NCBI GenBank assembly: GCA_964619725.1
Contig: CAZUFC010000003.1
Location: 1 to 38,308 of the forward strand
Length of the DNA: 38,308 nucleotides
Reading direction: 5' to 3'
Source: an uncultured bacterium
GTDB taxonomy: Bacteria > CSSED10-310 > CAZUFC01
Shown: positions 17,413-26,628 of the stretch, piece after piece
Layout of the letters: every line of letters begins with the position of its first letter
How positions within the stretch are numbered: the stretch's first letter is position 1
Notes under the pieces: model-generated
What the model saw: the letters and a program-made list of their open reading frames with translations, nothing else
Database searches by the model: none
What the model was told of the DNA's origin: nothing
Translations under genes and position numbers: made by a program

Positions 17413-18837
17413 ATGAAACCATCCTGGAAAAAAGGCGTTTTTTCGGCCCTGAGCCCCGTACCATACATAATAAAGAATATTTGCACTGTGGAAAAAGCGA
17501 GGGGAGAAAACTCACCGTTCCTGCCGCTTTTCATGACGTTTATCCTCGCTTGCACAGGCTTGTTATCGCCCTGGGCTTTTTGTTCGGCTGCGCCGGGCGA
17601 TACTGTAAGATGCTCGGTATCCTCTGCCGGAGAAGGAGGAAACGACGAAAGCATTCATGCTTCAGTAACGTCCGATGGTCGATACGTCGTTTTTGCTTCT
17701 CGTGCGGATAATCTTGCAGCGGGAGATTCAAACGAAAGTATGGATGTCTTCCTGAAAGATATGTCGACAGGCGGAATTATTCGCTGCTCCACCTCCTCAT
17801 CCGGCGCTGAATCAAACGGAGACAGCCGCAGACCGGCCATTTCAGCCGACGGACGCTATGTTGTTTTCGAATCCATAGCGGACAATTTGGTCTCTAACGA
17901 TACAAATTTAAAAAGAGATATTTTCAGAAAAGATATTAACACCGGGGAACTCGTCCGCTGTTCAACGTCATCTTCAGGGGCGGAAGCCGCTCGATGCAGT
18001 TATCGTCCGGCGATCAGCGGGGACGGCAGATATACGGCTTTTGAATCGTATGCTTCAAACCTGGTGATGAATGATACGAATAATGAAGTGGATATTTTCG
18101 TCAAAGACCTTCAGACAGGCGCCGTAGTCCGATGTTCGACATCGGCTGAGGGCGAGCAGGCGAATGAGAGATGCCAGTATCCGGCGATGAGTTTCAGCGG
18201 AAGGTATGTAGCGTTCAGCTCATGGGCGTCAAATCTTGTACCGGATGACGATAATGAAGTCAGCGATGTTTTCAGAAAAGACATGATGACGGGTGAAATA
18301 ACCGTGTGTTCGGCAAACGAGGCGGGGACAGCAGGAAATGAAAGAAGTTTCCATCCGGCGATCAGCGCAGACGGCAGATATATAGCTTTTGCATCCCATG
18401 CCTCCAATTTGGTCCTGAATGATTCAAACCAGGTGACGGATGTTTTCCTCAAAGACATGGATACAGGCGCTCTGACGATGTGCTCGGCCTCGCCGCACAA
18501 AGGTCAGGCAAACGGAATCAGCCAATGTCCCTCCATCAGCCCTGAAGGGGCTTACGTCGCTTTCGAAACCGTCGCATCCAATTTAGCGCCAGATGACACA
18601 AATCGACATGAAGACATATATGTTAAAGAAATAGATACGGGAACCCTTGTTCGGCGCTCTACATCTTCATCCGGCGAGCAGGGAAAAACCGGAAGCTTTC
18701 AACCCTGCCTGTCGGCCGACGGCATTTACCTCGTTTTCTATTCCGGCGCTTCCGAATTTGTCCCTGATGATTTGCAGGGCTTTTTTGACGTATTCAGAAA
18801 AGAATTGACGGCCGGCGGCTTGCGTTTATCCGATTAA
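17413..18837 (+). CDS. TolB-like/PD40 beta-propeller protein (seven ~58-aa repeats)
   Basis: Repeat consensus RCSTSSSG...N..S..PAISADGRYVAFxSxAxNLVxxDxN...DVFxKDxxTG; hydrophobic segment before the first repeat; the start could be the later ATG (MTFILAC). Confidence 0.85.
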   Translation: MKPSWKKGVFSALSPVPYIIKNICTVEKARGENSPFLPLFMTFILACTGLLSPWAFCSAAPGDTVRCSVSSAGEGGNDESIHASVTSDGRYVVFASRADNLAAGDSNESMDVFLKDMSTGGIIRCSTSSSGAESNGDSRRPAISADGRYVVFESIADNLVSNDTNLKRDIFRKDINTGELVRCSTSSSGAEAARCSYRPAISGDGRYTAFESYASNLVMNDTNNEVDIFVKDLQTGAVVRCSTSAEGEQANERCQYPAMSFSGRYVAFSSWASNLVPDDDNEVSDVFRKDMMTGEITVCSANEAGTAGNERSFHPAISADGRYIAFASHASNLVLNDSNQVTDVFLKDMDTGALTMCSASPHKGQANGISQCPSISPEGAYVAFETVASNLAPDDTNRHEDIYVKEIDTGTLVRRSTSSSGEQGKTGSFQPCLSADGIYLVFYSGASEFVPDDLQGFFDVFRKELTAGGLRLSD

Positions 18838-18956
18838 ATTGTAAAATCATTATGAGTGCGGAGGCAAGACCGTTGCAGTTTCTGCGATGAATTCGGTCTC
18901 TTCTCGAAAGTTTTTTGACCTGCTTATGCCGGGGTTTGAAAGAAAGATACTGACGA

Positions 18957-19988
18957 TTGATTGAACAAAATACAGAACACCGTAAGATTAAAAAAAACAG
19001 AATCGGACTCATATGTAAAATAATCCTCAGCATTACTTTAACGGTCGTTCTTCTGGGGTTTCTGTTTTCCCGGATACAGCTTTCCGAAATAAAAAAGGTT
19101 TTTCTTTCACTGCAATTAGAACATCTGGCTGCCGGTTTCATGCTCTACCTTCTGGGATATTTTTTTCGCATTCTGCGATTCCGGGCATTGCTGGGCGGTG
19201 AACCGCCGCCTATTGTTCCGCTCACTGCAGTCGTTTGCATTCACAATATGGCGAATAAATTGTTGCCGGTCAGGACAGGTGAAATTTCATTTCCCTACTT
19301 ATTGAAAAAAATCGGGAAAAAATCGACCGGGACGGGCATAAGCAGTTTAATGGCCGCCAGGATACTTGATTTGGCTTCAGTGGGATTCGTGTTCTTCGTT
19401 TCATCAATAATTATCCGGAATGAGATGCCGGAAAAATATAAAATGTTATGGATTCCCGCAGCAGTTTTGTCTGGGGTTGCGATACTGGCGCTTGCCGGCA
19501 TGATCTTTTTCACCAAGAAGTTTTTTATGACTCACTCCCTGCCCTCTCAACAGAACGCAACCCTTATCAGAAGGACCTTTTACAGTTCATTACGGGCCTT
19601 AACCGCGATCAGCAACACGAATCTTATTTTAGCCATATTCTGGTCCATGGGATTATGGTTCTCCTTCTACGGAATGTTCAACATATACGTTAAGGGAATG
19701 GGGCAGAACCTGGGATTCTTTGAAAGTTCCTGGGGCGCAACGATTTCCGTTTTCACCTACGTCCTTCCGATCAGCGGCGTAGGGGGATTCGGCACGCATG
19801 AAGCCGGCTGGACCCTCGGTTTCACTGCCCTGGGTATAGAATTTGACGCTGCAGTCGCAGCCGGATTCGCCGTGAACGTTATCTGCGCCGCATCAGCAAT
19901 AATTCTCGGCATAGCGGGAGCCGTTGGTTTTTATGCGTTAAGGCGGCAACGGGCGAATTCGAATGTGCAGGGCTCTGGAGGTTCATAA
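18957..19988 (+). CDS. Lysylphosphatidylglycerol-synthase-TM / UPF0104 flippase-like membrane protein
   Basis: FRILRFRALL, NKLLPVRTGE, ARILDL, LPISGVGGFGTHEAG motifs; multiple TM helices. Confidence 0.85.
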   Translation: MIEQNTEHRKIKKNRIGLICKIILSITLTVVLLGFLFSRIQLSEIKKVFLSLQLEHLAAGFMLYLLGYFFRILRFRALLGGEPPPIVPLTAVVCIHNMANKLLPVRTGEISFPYLLKKIGKKSTGTGISSLMAARILDLASVGFVFFVSSIIIRNEMPEKYKMLWIPAAVLSGVAILALAGMIFFTKKFFMTHSLPSQQNATLIRRTFYSSLRALTAISNTNLILAIFWSMGLWFSFYGMFNIYVKGMGQNLGFFESSWGATISVFTYVLPISGVGGFGTHEAGWTLGFTALGIEFDAAVAAGFAVNVICAASAIILGIAGAVGFYALRRQRANSNVQGSGGS

Positions 19989-20236
19989 CAGATTTGGCAT
20001 GAGAAATCCGGGCTATTACGTTGTCAAGAAGGAACTGACCTGTCTTTTCCATCCTTTGATGCCGCTGAAGCATGGCAAATTCAGGGACTGATCGAACTGG
20101 CGTTACACACCTTCCATTAGTTTTTACGGTTCGTTAAGTAATCGGGGTTACGATCGAAATCGGGATAGGAAAAAAATGATTAGATATTTTTTCGACTTGC
20201 AGTCTCAAAAGGCGCATTTTTGATCAATGCCCAAAT

Positions 20237-20668
20237 TCAGTTGTTGAGCGCTGCAACTTTTTGAAAAATATTCATATATTGATCGACTGCGGCTTCCCAG
20301 GTAAGTTTCTTCCGTTTTATTATTTCTCCGGCATTTTTCCCCAATCTTGTTATTTCACTGGGATTTTCCAGAAACCGGGTCACGGCCTTGATGATATCCT
20401 CTGAATTTTCTTTTCTTATAAACAGGCAGGATTCTCCGTCCGTGAGCAGGTCCCTGGCGAGTCCGACTCTGGTCGATATTATGGCTTTATTGCCGGCCAT
20501 AGCTTCCACATCATCAATTTTGTCGATTAACTTTGCTTGGGGGGAGTGAGGCGTCAGCGCAAGAAGTTTTTCGACATTGAATCTTTTGACCAGGTCCAGG
20601 ATAAAACAGGCCTTATAATCGTGCCTGTGTCGCGGGAACGAGGTGGTGAGAACGAGTATTTTGAGCAT
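20237..20668 (-). pseudogene. GT4 glycosyltransferase with large in-frame internal deletion
   Basis: GT4 N-terminus (MLKILVLTTSFPR...LTPH...IDDV) is joined directly to a GT4 C-terminus (EAMAGNKAIISTRVG...DGESCL...LTWE); 143 aa versus roughly 380-400 typical. Confidence 0.75.
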
Positions 20669-20671
20669 AGA

Positions 20672-23041
20672 TTACTTTTGTTTTACTTTGGCCAAAACGG
20701 CATTATTAGGATTGAAAGATATTTGTGTGGGTTTTCGGGAGACTTTATGAGTATATGTTTGCTCATGCCGGTCTATCGTCAGGAAAATTTTTTCAATGCT
20801 GTCGTCAACCATTCCGATGAGCACGGGAACTTTCATGGTGAAATCATCAGGAACGTCGCTTTGGTGAACCGAAATTTCGATTTCATATGATCCGTCAGCT
20901 CCGGGGGCCTCCGGCAGTTTGCATTCCCAGTCATAAGTCGGAATGGCCGTACCGTATATCCACTGATCGAAAAACCAGTTCCAGTCCTCGCCGGTATTTT
21001 TTTCCACCGTTTCGATAAAATCGTCAGTATCCGCATTTTTTCCTTTATAGGTATGCAGGAAATCCTGAAGAATTCTGCGGAAGAGGTCGTCGTTCAACAA
21101 TACCCGGAGCATATGAATGACCAGCGCACCTTTCTGATAGGTCTGCAGGAAATAACCATTCGGCGCATCCGCCGTCGAGGCTCTGTAACCGACGCCTATC
21201 GGTCCGATTTGTCTTCGTTGTTCTTTGGACAGAAAGGAATTCCAGGGACGGGCGAATTTACTCATAGTCGATTTGATGGAGCCGGTCAATTCATTGTTGT
21301 ACACTTCCAGGATTTTATAGAAATATTTCTTTTCTTTCATGGTCGTCTGAAGGTATAGCATGGCGGAATATTCGGCAAAAGCTTCACTCAACCATTGATC
21401 TCGATAAGTTTCGAAGCCGACCTGATGTCCCCAAAACTGATGAGCCGTTTCGTGCGCTCTGAATAATTCGGACTCTCCGGGAGCCTCGCTCTGAAAGGTA
21501 AATGTCGACAGGTGCTGAAAGCCATGAAATGCCTGACCGTGATATCCGCTGATTTGAGCAGCGTATAGTGTCTTCTCAGGCAGTTTCATGTCGAAAAACC
21601 ATTGATAGAAGGCCAGACTCTTGGCAACGTCGATAGCCACATTCCTGACCATATTGCCCGTGGTAAGTCCTCTGGCGAGTCCGATAGCCGTCACTTCAGG
21701 GACGCCTTCCAAATTAACTTTTTCCTTTTTGAACCCTTTGCCGAACGAAAACCCGAACATTTTTGTCGGTACAGACGTCTTCCATACGGCTGTTCTTGTT
21801 TTCTTTTTTTTCGATTTTTCTATCAGTTTTCCGACCGCTGCGAGATCGTATTTTTTAGGGTAAGAGACTTCAAGCTTCACGGTGTGTAGATCATTTATCC
21901 CTTCAGACGTTCCCGGATACCAGTCCCGACCCGATACGTAATTGGGGATGTCCATTTCATAGCGGATTTTAATGGATTGAGTTTCATTCAGGGTAAGAGG
22001 CCGGTCCAGGATGACATAGAGAGAACGATCATAAATGTTAATATTTACGGAAGCGAACCTCATGCCTATGCGGTCCCGGATGAACGGCAGTTCTTTACCC
22101 TCTTCCGTCCGAACGGATTTAACCTCCGCTTCGGAATTCAGAGAAAGTATAAGCGAGCGCCGGCCGGGCATCAACGGCTTAAAATGAAGGAACGTCTGAA
22201 AAAAGGCCGTGTCTTCCGCCTCATCCCATTCTCTTCCGGAGAACCTCCAGCTCCCTCTCGACAGGTCCACATTAATATCTGCATGTTCGATGTCGATGAC
22301 GTCAACGCGTATTGCGGAGGGACCTCTTTCGGGATCACGATGTTCGGCTCTGTCCAGACTGACCCAAACCTCTATGAAATCCTGCTTTTCTTGCAGCTTA
22401 ATGAGTTGTATTTCTTCCATCTGCAGAGCATCGAACAGAAACGTCAACCAGCCGAACTGCTTCGTACGCATGTCCATACATAGAAACTCATCATTCGTTT
22501 CAATCATGCCGGTTGCTATACGCGCATCGATGTCTGTTTTCAGAAGTTTCAGCCATCTTTCCTGACATTCGGTCGCCTTTGAAATGGAATCGTATTCCTT
22601 CTCCGCAGAGATTGGAAACAGGTCCTTAAGGAGACGTTCCGACGTTCTTAACACCATTTCGTCGAATGTTTCATCCAGATTCCAGGATACTTTTTTTCCA
22701 GAAAACCGTTCGAATTGACGGCGTTCCAGGGGATCGGGAAATTCCATGACAAAACGCCCCTGACCTTTAAAATACATGCCTGTTATCCTGCCGTCAGATG
22801 CCGGTTTCATTAACTGAAACGACCCCGACTCAAGCATCCATTTCGCACAATCCCGCTTGACCGTCACCCCTCCGGCAGGAATCGCCATCTCCGTTTTGTC
22901 ATACTGCCAGTTCATCATGTCCCGGTATTCCTCCAGAACATGATCGGCAGATGCCGACAGCGTCGAAAAAACGGTCATCTGAAGGACCATGGTCTGAATA
23001 GTGATACAAAAGAAAGCATAAAGAGCTTTGCGCGTATTCAC
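20672..23041 (-). CDS. Secreted M1-family (gluzincin) metallo-aminopeptidase
   Basis: AHETAHQFWG...DQWLSEAFAEY, YQKGALVIHMLR, WFFDQWIYGTAIP. Start reassigned to GTG 23041 (SD GGGAG, then signal-like NTRKALYAFFCITIQTMVLQMTVFSTLSASA). Confidence 0.88.
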   Translation of the reverse strand: MNTRKALYAFFCITIQTMVLQMTVFSTLSASADHVLEEYRDMMNWQYDKTEMAIPAGGVTVKRDCAKWMLESGSFQLMKPASDGRITGMYFKGQGRFVMEFPDPLERRQFERFSGKKVSWNLDETFDEMVLRTSERLLKDLFPISAEKEYDSISKATECQERWLKLLKTDIDARIATGMIETNDEFLCMDMRTKQFGWLTFLFDALQMEEIQLIKLQEKQDFIEVWVSLDRAEHRDPERGPSAIRVDVIDIEHADINVDLSRGSWRFSGREWDEAEDTAFFQTFLHFKPLMPGRRSLILSLNSEAEVKSVRTEEGKELPFIRDRIGMRFASVNINIYDRSLYVILDRPLTLNETQSIKIRYEMDIPNYVSGRDWYPGTSEGINDLHTVKLEVSYPKKYDLAAVGKLIEKSKKKKTRTAVWKTSVPTKMFGFSFGKGFKKEKVNLEGVPEVTAIGLARGLTTGNMVRNVAIDVAKSLAFYQWFFDMKLPEKTLYAAQISGYHGQAFHGFQHLSTFTFQSEAPGESELFRAHETAHQFWGHQVGFETYRDQWLSEAFAEYSAMLYLQTTMKEKKYFYKILEVYNNELTGSIKSTMSKFARPWNSFLSKEQRRQIGPIGVGYRASTADAPNGYFLQTYQKGALVIHMLRVLLNDDLFRRILQDFLHTYKGKNADTDDFIETVEKNTGEDWNWFFDQWIYGTAIPTYDWECKLPEAPGADGSYEIEISVHQSDVPDDFTMKVPVLIGMVDDSIEKIFLTIDRHEQTYTHKVSRKPTQISFNPNNAVLAKVKQK

Positions 23042-23391
23042 ATTATCTTCTCCCTTTGTATTTGTTTTTCCGGCAAGTTTCCTTTTCCGGCCGTCAATAA
23101 TATATGAAACCTTTATATTCCTGCGACTGTAAAACGTTGAATTGAAAAATTTAACGAGTTTTCGTCCATAAATGTCTATTTTTCCGTTTCTCTGCCTCAC
23201 TCTTCGGGTTTGCTTGTACGGCGTATGCCCGATAATCCGCCTACGCCAAGGCTTCAGCATGACAGACGCTCCTCCGCACAAGCCCTTGAATTCCTTGATA
23301 AACAAAAATTCGCTCATTTCTGGATCAAAAATTCGCAGTGCCTGTCCGCTGCGGCATACCGAGTAAAAATGGGTTTATGGACAGGCGCTGA

Positions 23392-24249
23392 CTAACCCGA
23401 ATATTTCTGAAGAATTTTTTTCAGCCGGTTTTTCCGTTTGACGTATTCCAGAGGCCAGGTCATGATGTAAGTGATTCCCGCCAGAAGAATGATGAGAGCG
23501 CCGGAGGGAAGGTTAACATTGAAAAAGGAGCCTGCGTAGTAAGAGATAAGAAGGCCGCCGACGGTAAAAAACATGGACAGAAAAACGGACGTAATCATTA
23601 TTTTGAGTAAGCTGCCGGCAAACCGTCCCGCGATGGCCGTCGGAATGGTTAATAGAGCGATCACCAGAATAATGCCGACTACTCTTATCAGAAGCACTAT
23701 GCTGAGAGCGATGAGACATAGCATGAGCAGAAAAAGTCTTTCCACCGGCAATCCTCTGACTTCTGAATATTCCGGATCAAAAGAAACCACCAGGAATTTT
23801 TTGTAAAAAATAATCACCGTTATAACGATAACGGCATCCAGGATGCTCATTAAAATGATGTCGAAAGTTGAAACATAAAGGATGCTTCCGAAAAGATAAC
23901 TCATAAGATTAGGCGCATAACCCGGCGTAAGCGCAACGAAAAGCACTCCCAATGCCATGCCCGTCGACCAGACTATGCCTATCATCGTGTCTTCATATTC
24001 GCTCATTTTTTTCGTAATTATTCCAATAATCAGCGCGCCGAAAAGAGCAGCGCCGGCGGCTCCCAGGAGAGGCGAAAAGCCCAGCAGATATCCCAGCCCA
24101 ATGCCTCCGTAGGCTGTATGGGCAATACCGCCGCTGATAAAAACGATTCGTCTAACGACAACATAAGTTCCGATAATTCCGCAGGCTACGGCGGCGAGTA
24201 TTCCGGCGGAGAGAGCCAGTCGCATGAAACCGAATTCTAAAATTTCCAT
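23392..24249 (-). CDS. znuB: Zn/Mn ABC transporter permease
   Basis: GTYVVVRRIVFISGGIAHTAYGG, LMSYLFGSIL, VGIILVIALLTIP, LPSGALII. Confidence 0.9.
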   Translation of the reverse strand: MEILEFGFMRLALSAGILAAVACGIIGTYVVVRRIVFISGGIAHTAYGGIGLGYLLGFSPLLGAAGAALFGALIIGIITKKMSEYEDTMIGIVWSTGMALGVLFVALTPGYAPNLMSYLFGSILYVSTFDIILMSILDAVIVITVIIFYKKFLVVSFDPEYSEVRGLPVERLFLLMLCLIALSIVLLIRVVGIILVIALLTIPTAIAGRFAGSLLKIMITSVFLSMFFTVGGLLISYYAGSFFNVNLPSGALIILLAGITYIMTWPLEYVKRKNRLKKILQKYSG

Positions 24250-24379
24250 TTTAAACCTTTGATGCTTCCACCGGGACGTTGGGTTGTGAGTTCGCTCAAA
24301 GGAAACGAAAAAAAGAATCCGAGGAAACCGTTTTCACTGCAAATCCCGTCACCCTGCAGAGTTCTAACGAAATTCATGT

Positions 24380-25195
24380 TTATTTCGCTCCTTCAGAGGA
24401 TATCTCATTCTCCCTGTTATGCGTATAGGAATATTTTTCGTCGTTATCGTGCTTTTTCAATACTCTATGCGGAATGCCGTGAGCAATTATATCGACGGGA
24501 CAACCGAACGTTTTTTTCAAATCTTCTTCTCTGAGTTCTTTGGAGCCGTGATAGAAGAATCTTTTGTTAAGGCATCCGATGGACTTGACGTGTGAAGCTA
24601 TGGCGCTGATTTCATGGGAAACCAGGATGATGGGCATTTCATTGTTCAAGCTTTTCAGGATGTCAAAGAGAATTTCCAGCGCACGCGTATCCAATCCCGT
24701 TGTCGGTTCATCCAGGATCATCAGTTTGGGATGGACGGTTAATGCCCGAGCCAGAAAAACCCGTTGCAGTTCGCCTCCCGACAGTTTTCCGATCTGCCTT
24801 TTGCGGAAATCGCTCATTCCGACTTTTTCCAGCATTTCGGCCGCCATCCGTTTGTCTTCTTCCGTAAAGCGCTGAAAGATGCTTTTATCGATTCTTCCCA
24901 TCATTACGACATCCCAAACGCTGATGGGAAACTTTCGGTCGAAATCGAAATGCTGAGGGACATAACCGATATCCTGGCGGGCCGCTACAGGATTCTGGCC
25001 CAGAACTTTGACCGTCCCTCTATCCGGTTTGATCAGCCCCAGGATTACCTTTATAAGCGTAGTTTTTCCTCCGCCGTTAGGTCCGATGATCGCTACAAAA
25101 TCAGACTCTTGCATCTCCAGATCAACTGACTGCAAGGCTATCCTGTCCTCAAAAGAAACCCAGACGTCCGCTATTTTTACTACAGGTTCGTTCAT
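24380..25195 (-). CDS. znuC: Zn/Mn ABC transporter ATP-binding protein
   Basis: GPNGGGKTT, IGYVPQ, LSGGELQRVFLARAL, ILDEPT, VSHE, His-containing tail. Confidence 0.92.
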   Translation of the reverse strand: MNEPVVKIADVWVSFEDRIALQSVDLEMQESDFVAIIGPNGGGKTTLIKVILGLIKPDRGTVKVLGQNPVAARQDIGYVPQHFDFDRKFPISVWDVVMMGRIDKSIFQRFTEEDKRMAAEMLEKVGMSDFRKRQIGKLSGGELQRVFLARALTVHPKLMILDEPTTGLDTRALEILFDILKSLNNEMPIILVSHEISAIASHVKSIGCLNKRFFYHGSKELREEDLKKTFGCPVDIIAHGIPHRVLKKHDNDEKYSYTHNRENEISSEGAK

Positions 25196-25200
25196 GACGG

Positions 25201-26070
25201 CTAATTCTTTGCAATAGCCTCAGCAACTTTTCTTAAGCTGCCGGGCCAATCCTTCGACAATGGATCGACGGTAATAAGTTCAGCGGATACCGCTTTCGCT
25301 ATAACTTCGGCATCCTTACGATCGAACTGAGGCTGCACCATTATGACTTTAATGTCCTCCTTTTCCGCCAATTCGATGAAATGCTTCAAACCTGCGGCCC
25401 CGGGCTCCTTGCCTTCCCGCTCAATCGCTATCTGTTCCAGTCCGAAATAATCCGCAAAATAACCCCAAGCCGGATGAAACACCATAAATTTTTTCGTTTT
25501 CGCACCCTTCAGTATAGCCCGTATGTCTCTTTCCAGTCTTTCAATCTCATCCAGGAATTCATCCCGGTTCCGCCGGTAAAAATCGCCGTGCTCAGCATCG
25601 ACCCTTTCCAATGCTTCACATATCGAAGAGACCTGCTTTTTTGCCGCTGAAGGCGACGTCCAAATATGAGGGTCTTTATCCTTTACCTCTACGCCATTCG
25701 AAGAATCCACCATCACGATTTCGCCCGCATTTTTAAGTATATTGCTTAACCACGCCTTCTCAAACGGAAAGCGAGGATGTCCCACCTTAACGTAAATCGC
25801 AGCTTTGGCTACCTGCCGCATCTGCTCCATTGTGGGTTCATGCACTGCTGGAGAAGTTCCGGGAGGGATCATAACCGCTGTTTCTACTCGATCACCTCCG
25901 ATTTGTTCTACGAAATAACTTTGAGGCACTACGCTTACGGCAACGATTATCCTCTTTTCAGATACGCCGCCATCTTCATCGGCACAGACCGGTAAAATTA
26001 AAATCACCGCTGTCAGTGTCACTATTAATAAAAGCTGCAGATGTTTAATATGATTTATTCTCATTATCAT
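25201..26070 (-). CDS. znuA: Zn/Mn ABC transporter substrate-binding protein
   Basis: IPPGTSPAVHEP, DPHIWTSP, FHPAWGYFA, EGKEP, VDPL. Exact start uncertain (ATGs at 26091, 26073, 26070, 26064; SD AGGAGG favours 26070/26064). Confidence 0.9.
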   Translation of the reverse strand: MIMRINHIKHLQLLLIVTLTAVILILPVCADEDGGVSEKRIIVAVSVVPQSYFVEQIGGDRVETAVMIPPGTSPAVHEPTMEQMRQVAKAAIYVKVGHPRFPFEKAWLSNILKNAGEIVMVDSSNGVEVKDKDPHIWTSPSAAKKQVSSICEALERVDAEHGDFYRRNRDEFLDEIERLERDIRAILKGAKTKKFMVFHPAWGYFADYFGLEQIAIEREGKEPGAAGLKHFIELAEKEDIKVIMVQPQFDRKDAEVIAKAVSAELITVDPLSKDWPGSLRKVAEAIAKN

Positions 26071-26628
26071 CATTCCTCCTTTCCGATGCATGTCCCTTTC
26101 ATTTTGCCGTCTCCAGCTTCATTATGGCCTCCTCATTGTGATATACCAATTTCAACTATCTTTCAACCCTTGCCGGACTTACCCTGAATTTCTCATACAA
26201 AACCTGTTGCGAATGTCCATATTCCCCCTCCTTCTAGCGCTGTTCCCTACGGATTTGCTCAACATCGCGATGCTGTGCTTCCGCAGTCCGGCGGGCCTGT
26301 TTTTTCCGAATGGTACAATGTTTGTGGGTTTCTTGTTGCGAATGGTCGGTCTGTAGCAGGGCAGCATGATCGTGAGGGCGGACTGCTGTTTTCGTCGTAA
26401 ACAAAAAAAAACTTGAAAATGGTATGTGAATTGCTTAAATAATAAAGAGGCATCGCCGGAAGGTCATTTCGGCATGTAAATTGTTAAGCTACGGATTGAG
26501 AAATAATTTTTTTTCAGAATAAAGCGCAAAATTTGCACTTTTTTTCAGGGTTGACGATTGAAAAGGAAAGCATACGGAGCAATGAAAATAATTTCCTGAA
26601 TCTTTAATTGAGATGCGGGGGGGTATTA

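Noticed and set aside
23042-23317. 92-aa N-terminal extension of the M1 peptidase in the ORF track
   Set aside because: Non-protein-like basic sequence upstream of an SD, GTG and signal peptide.
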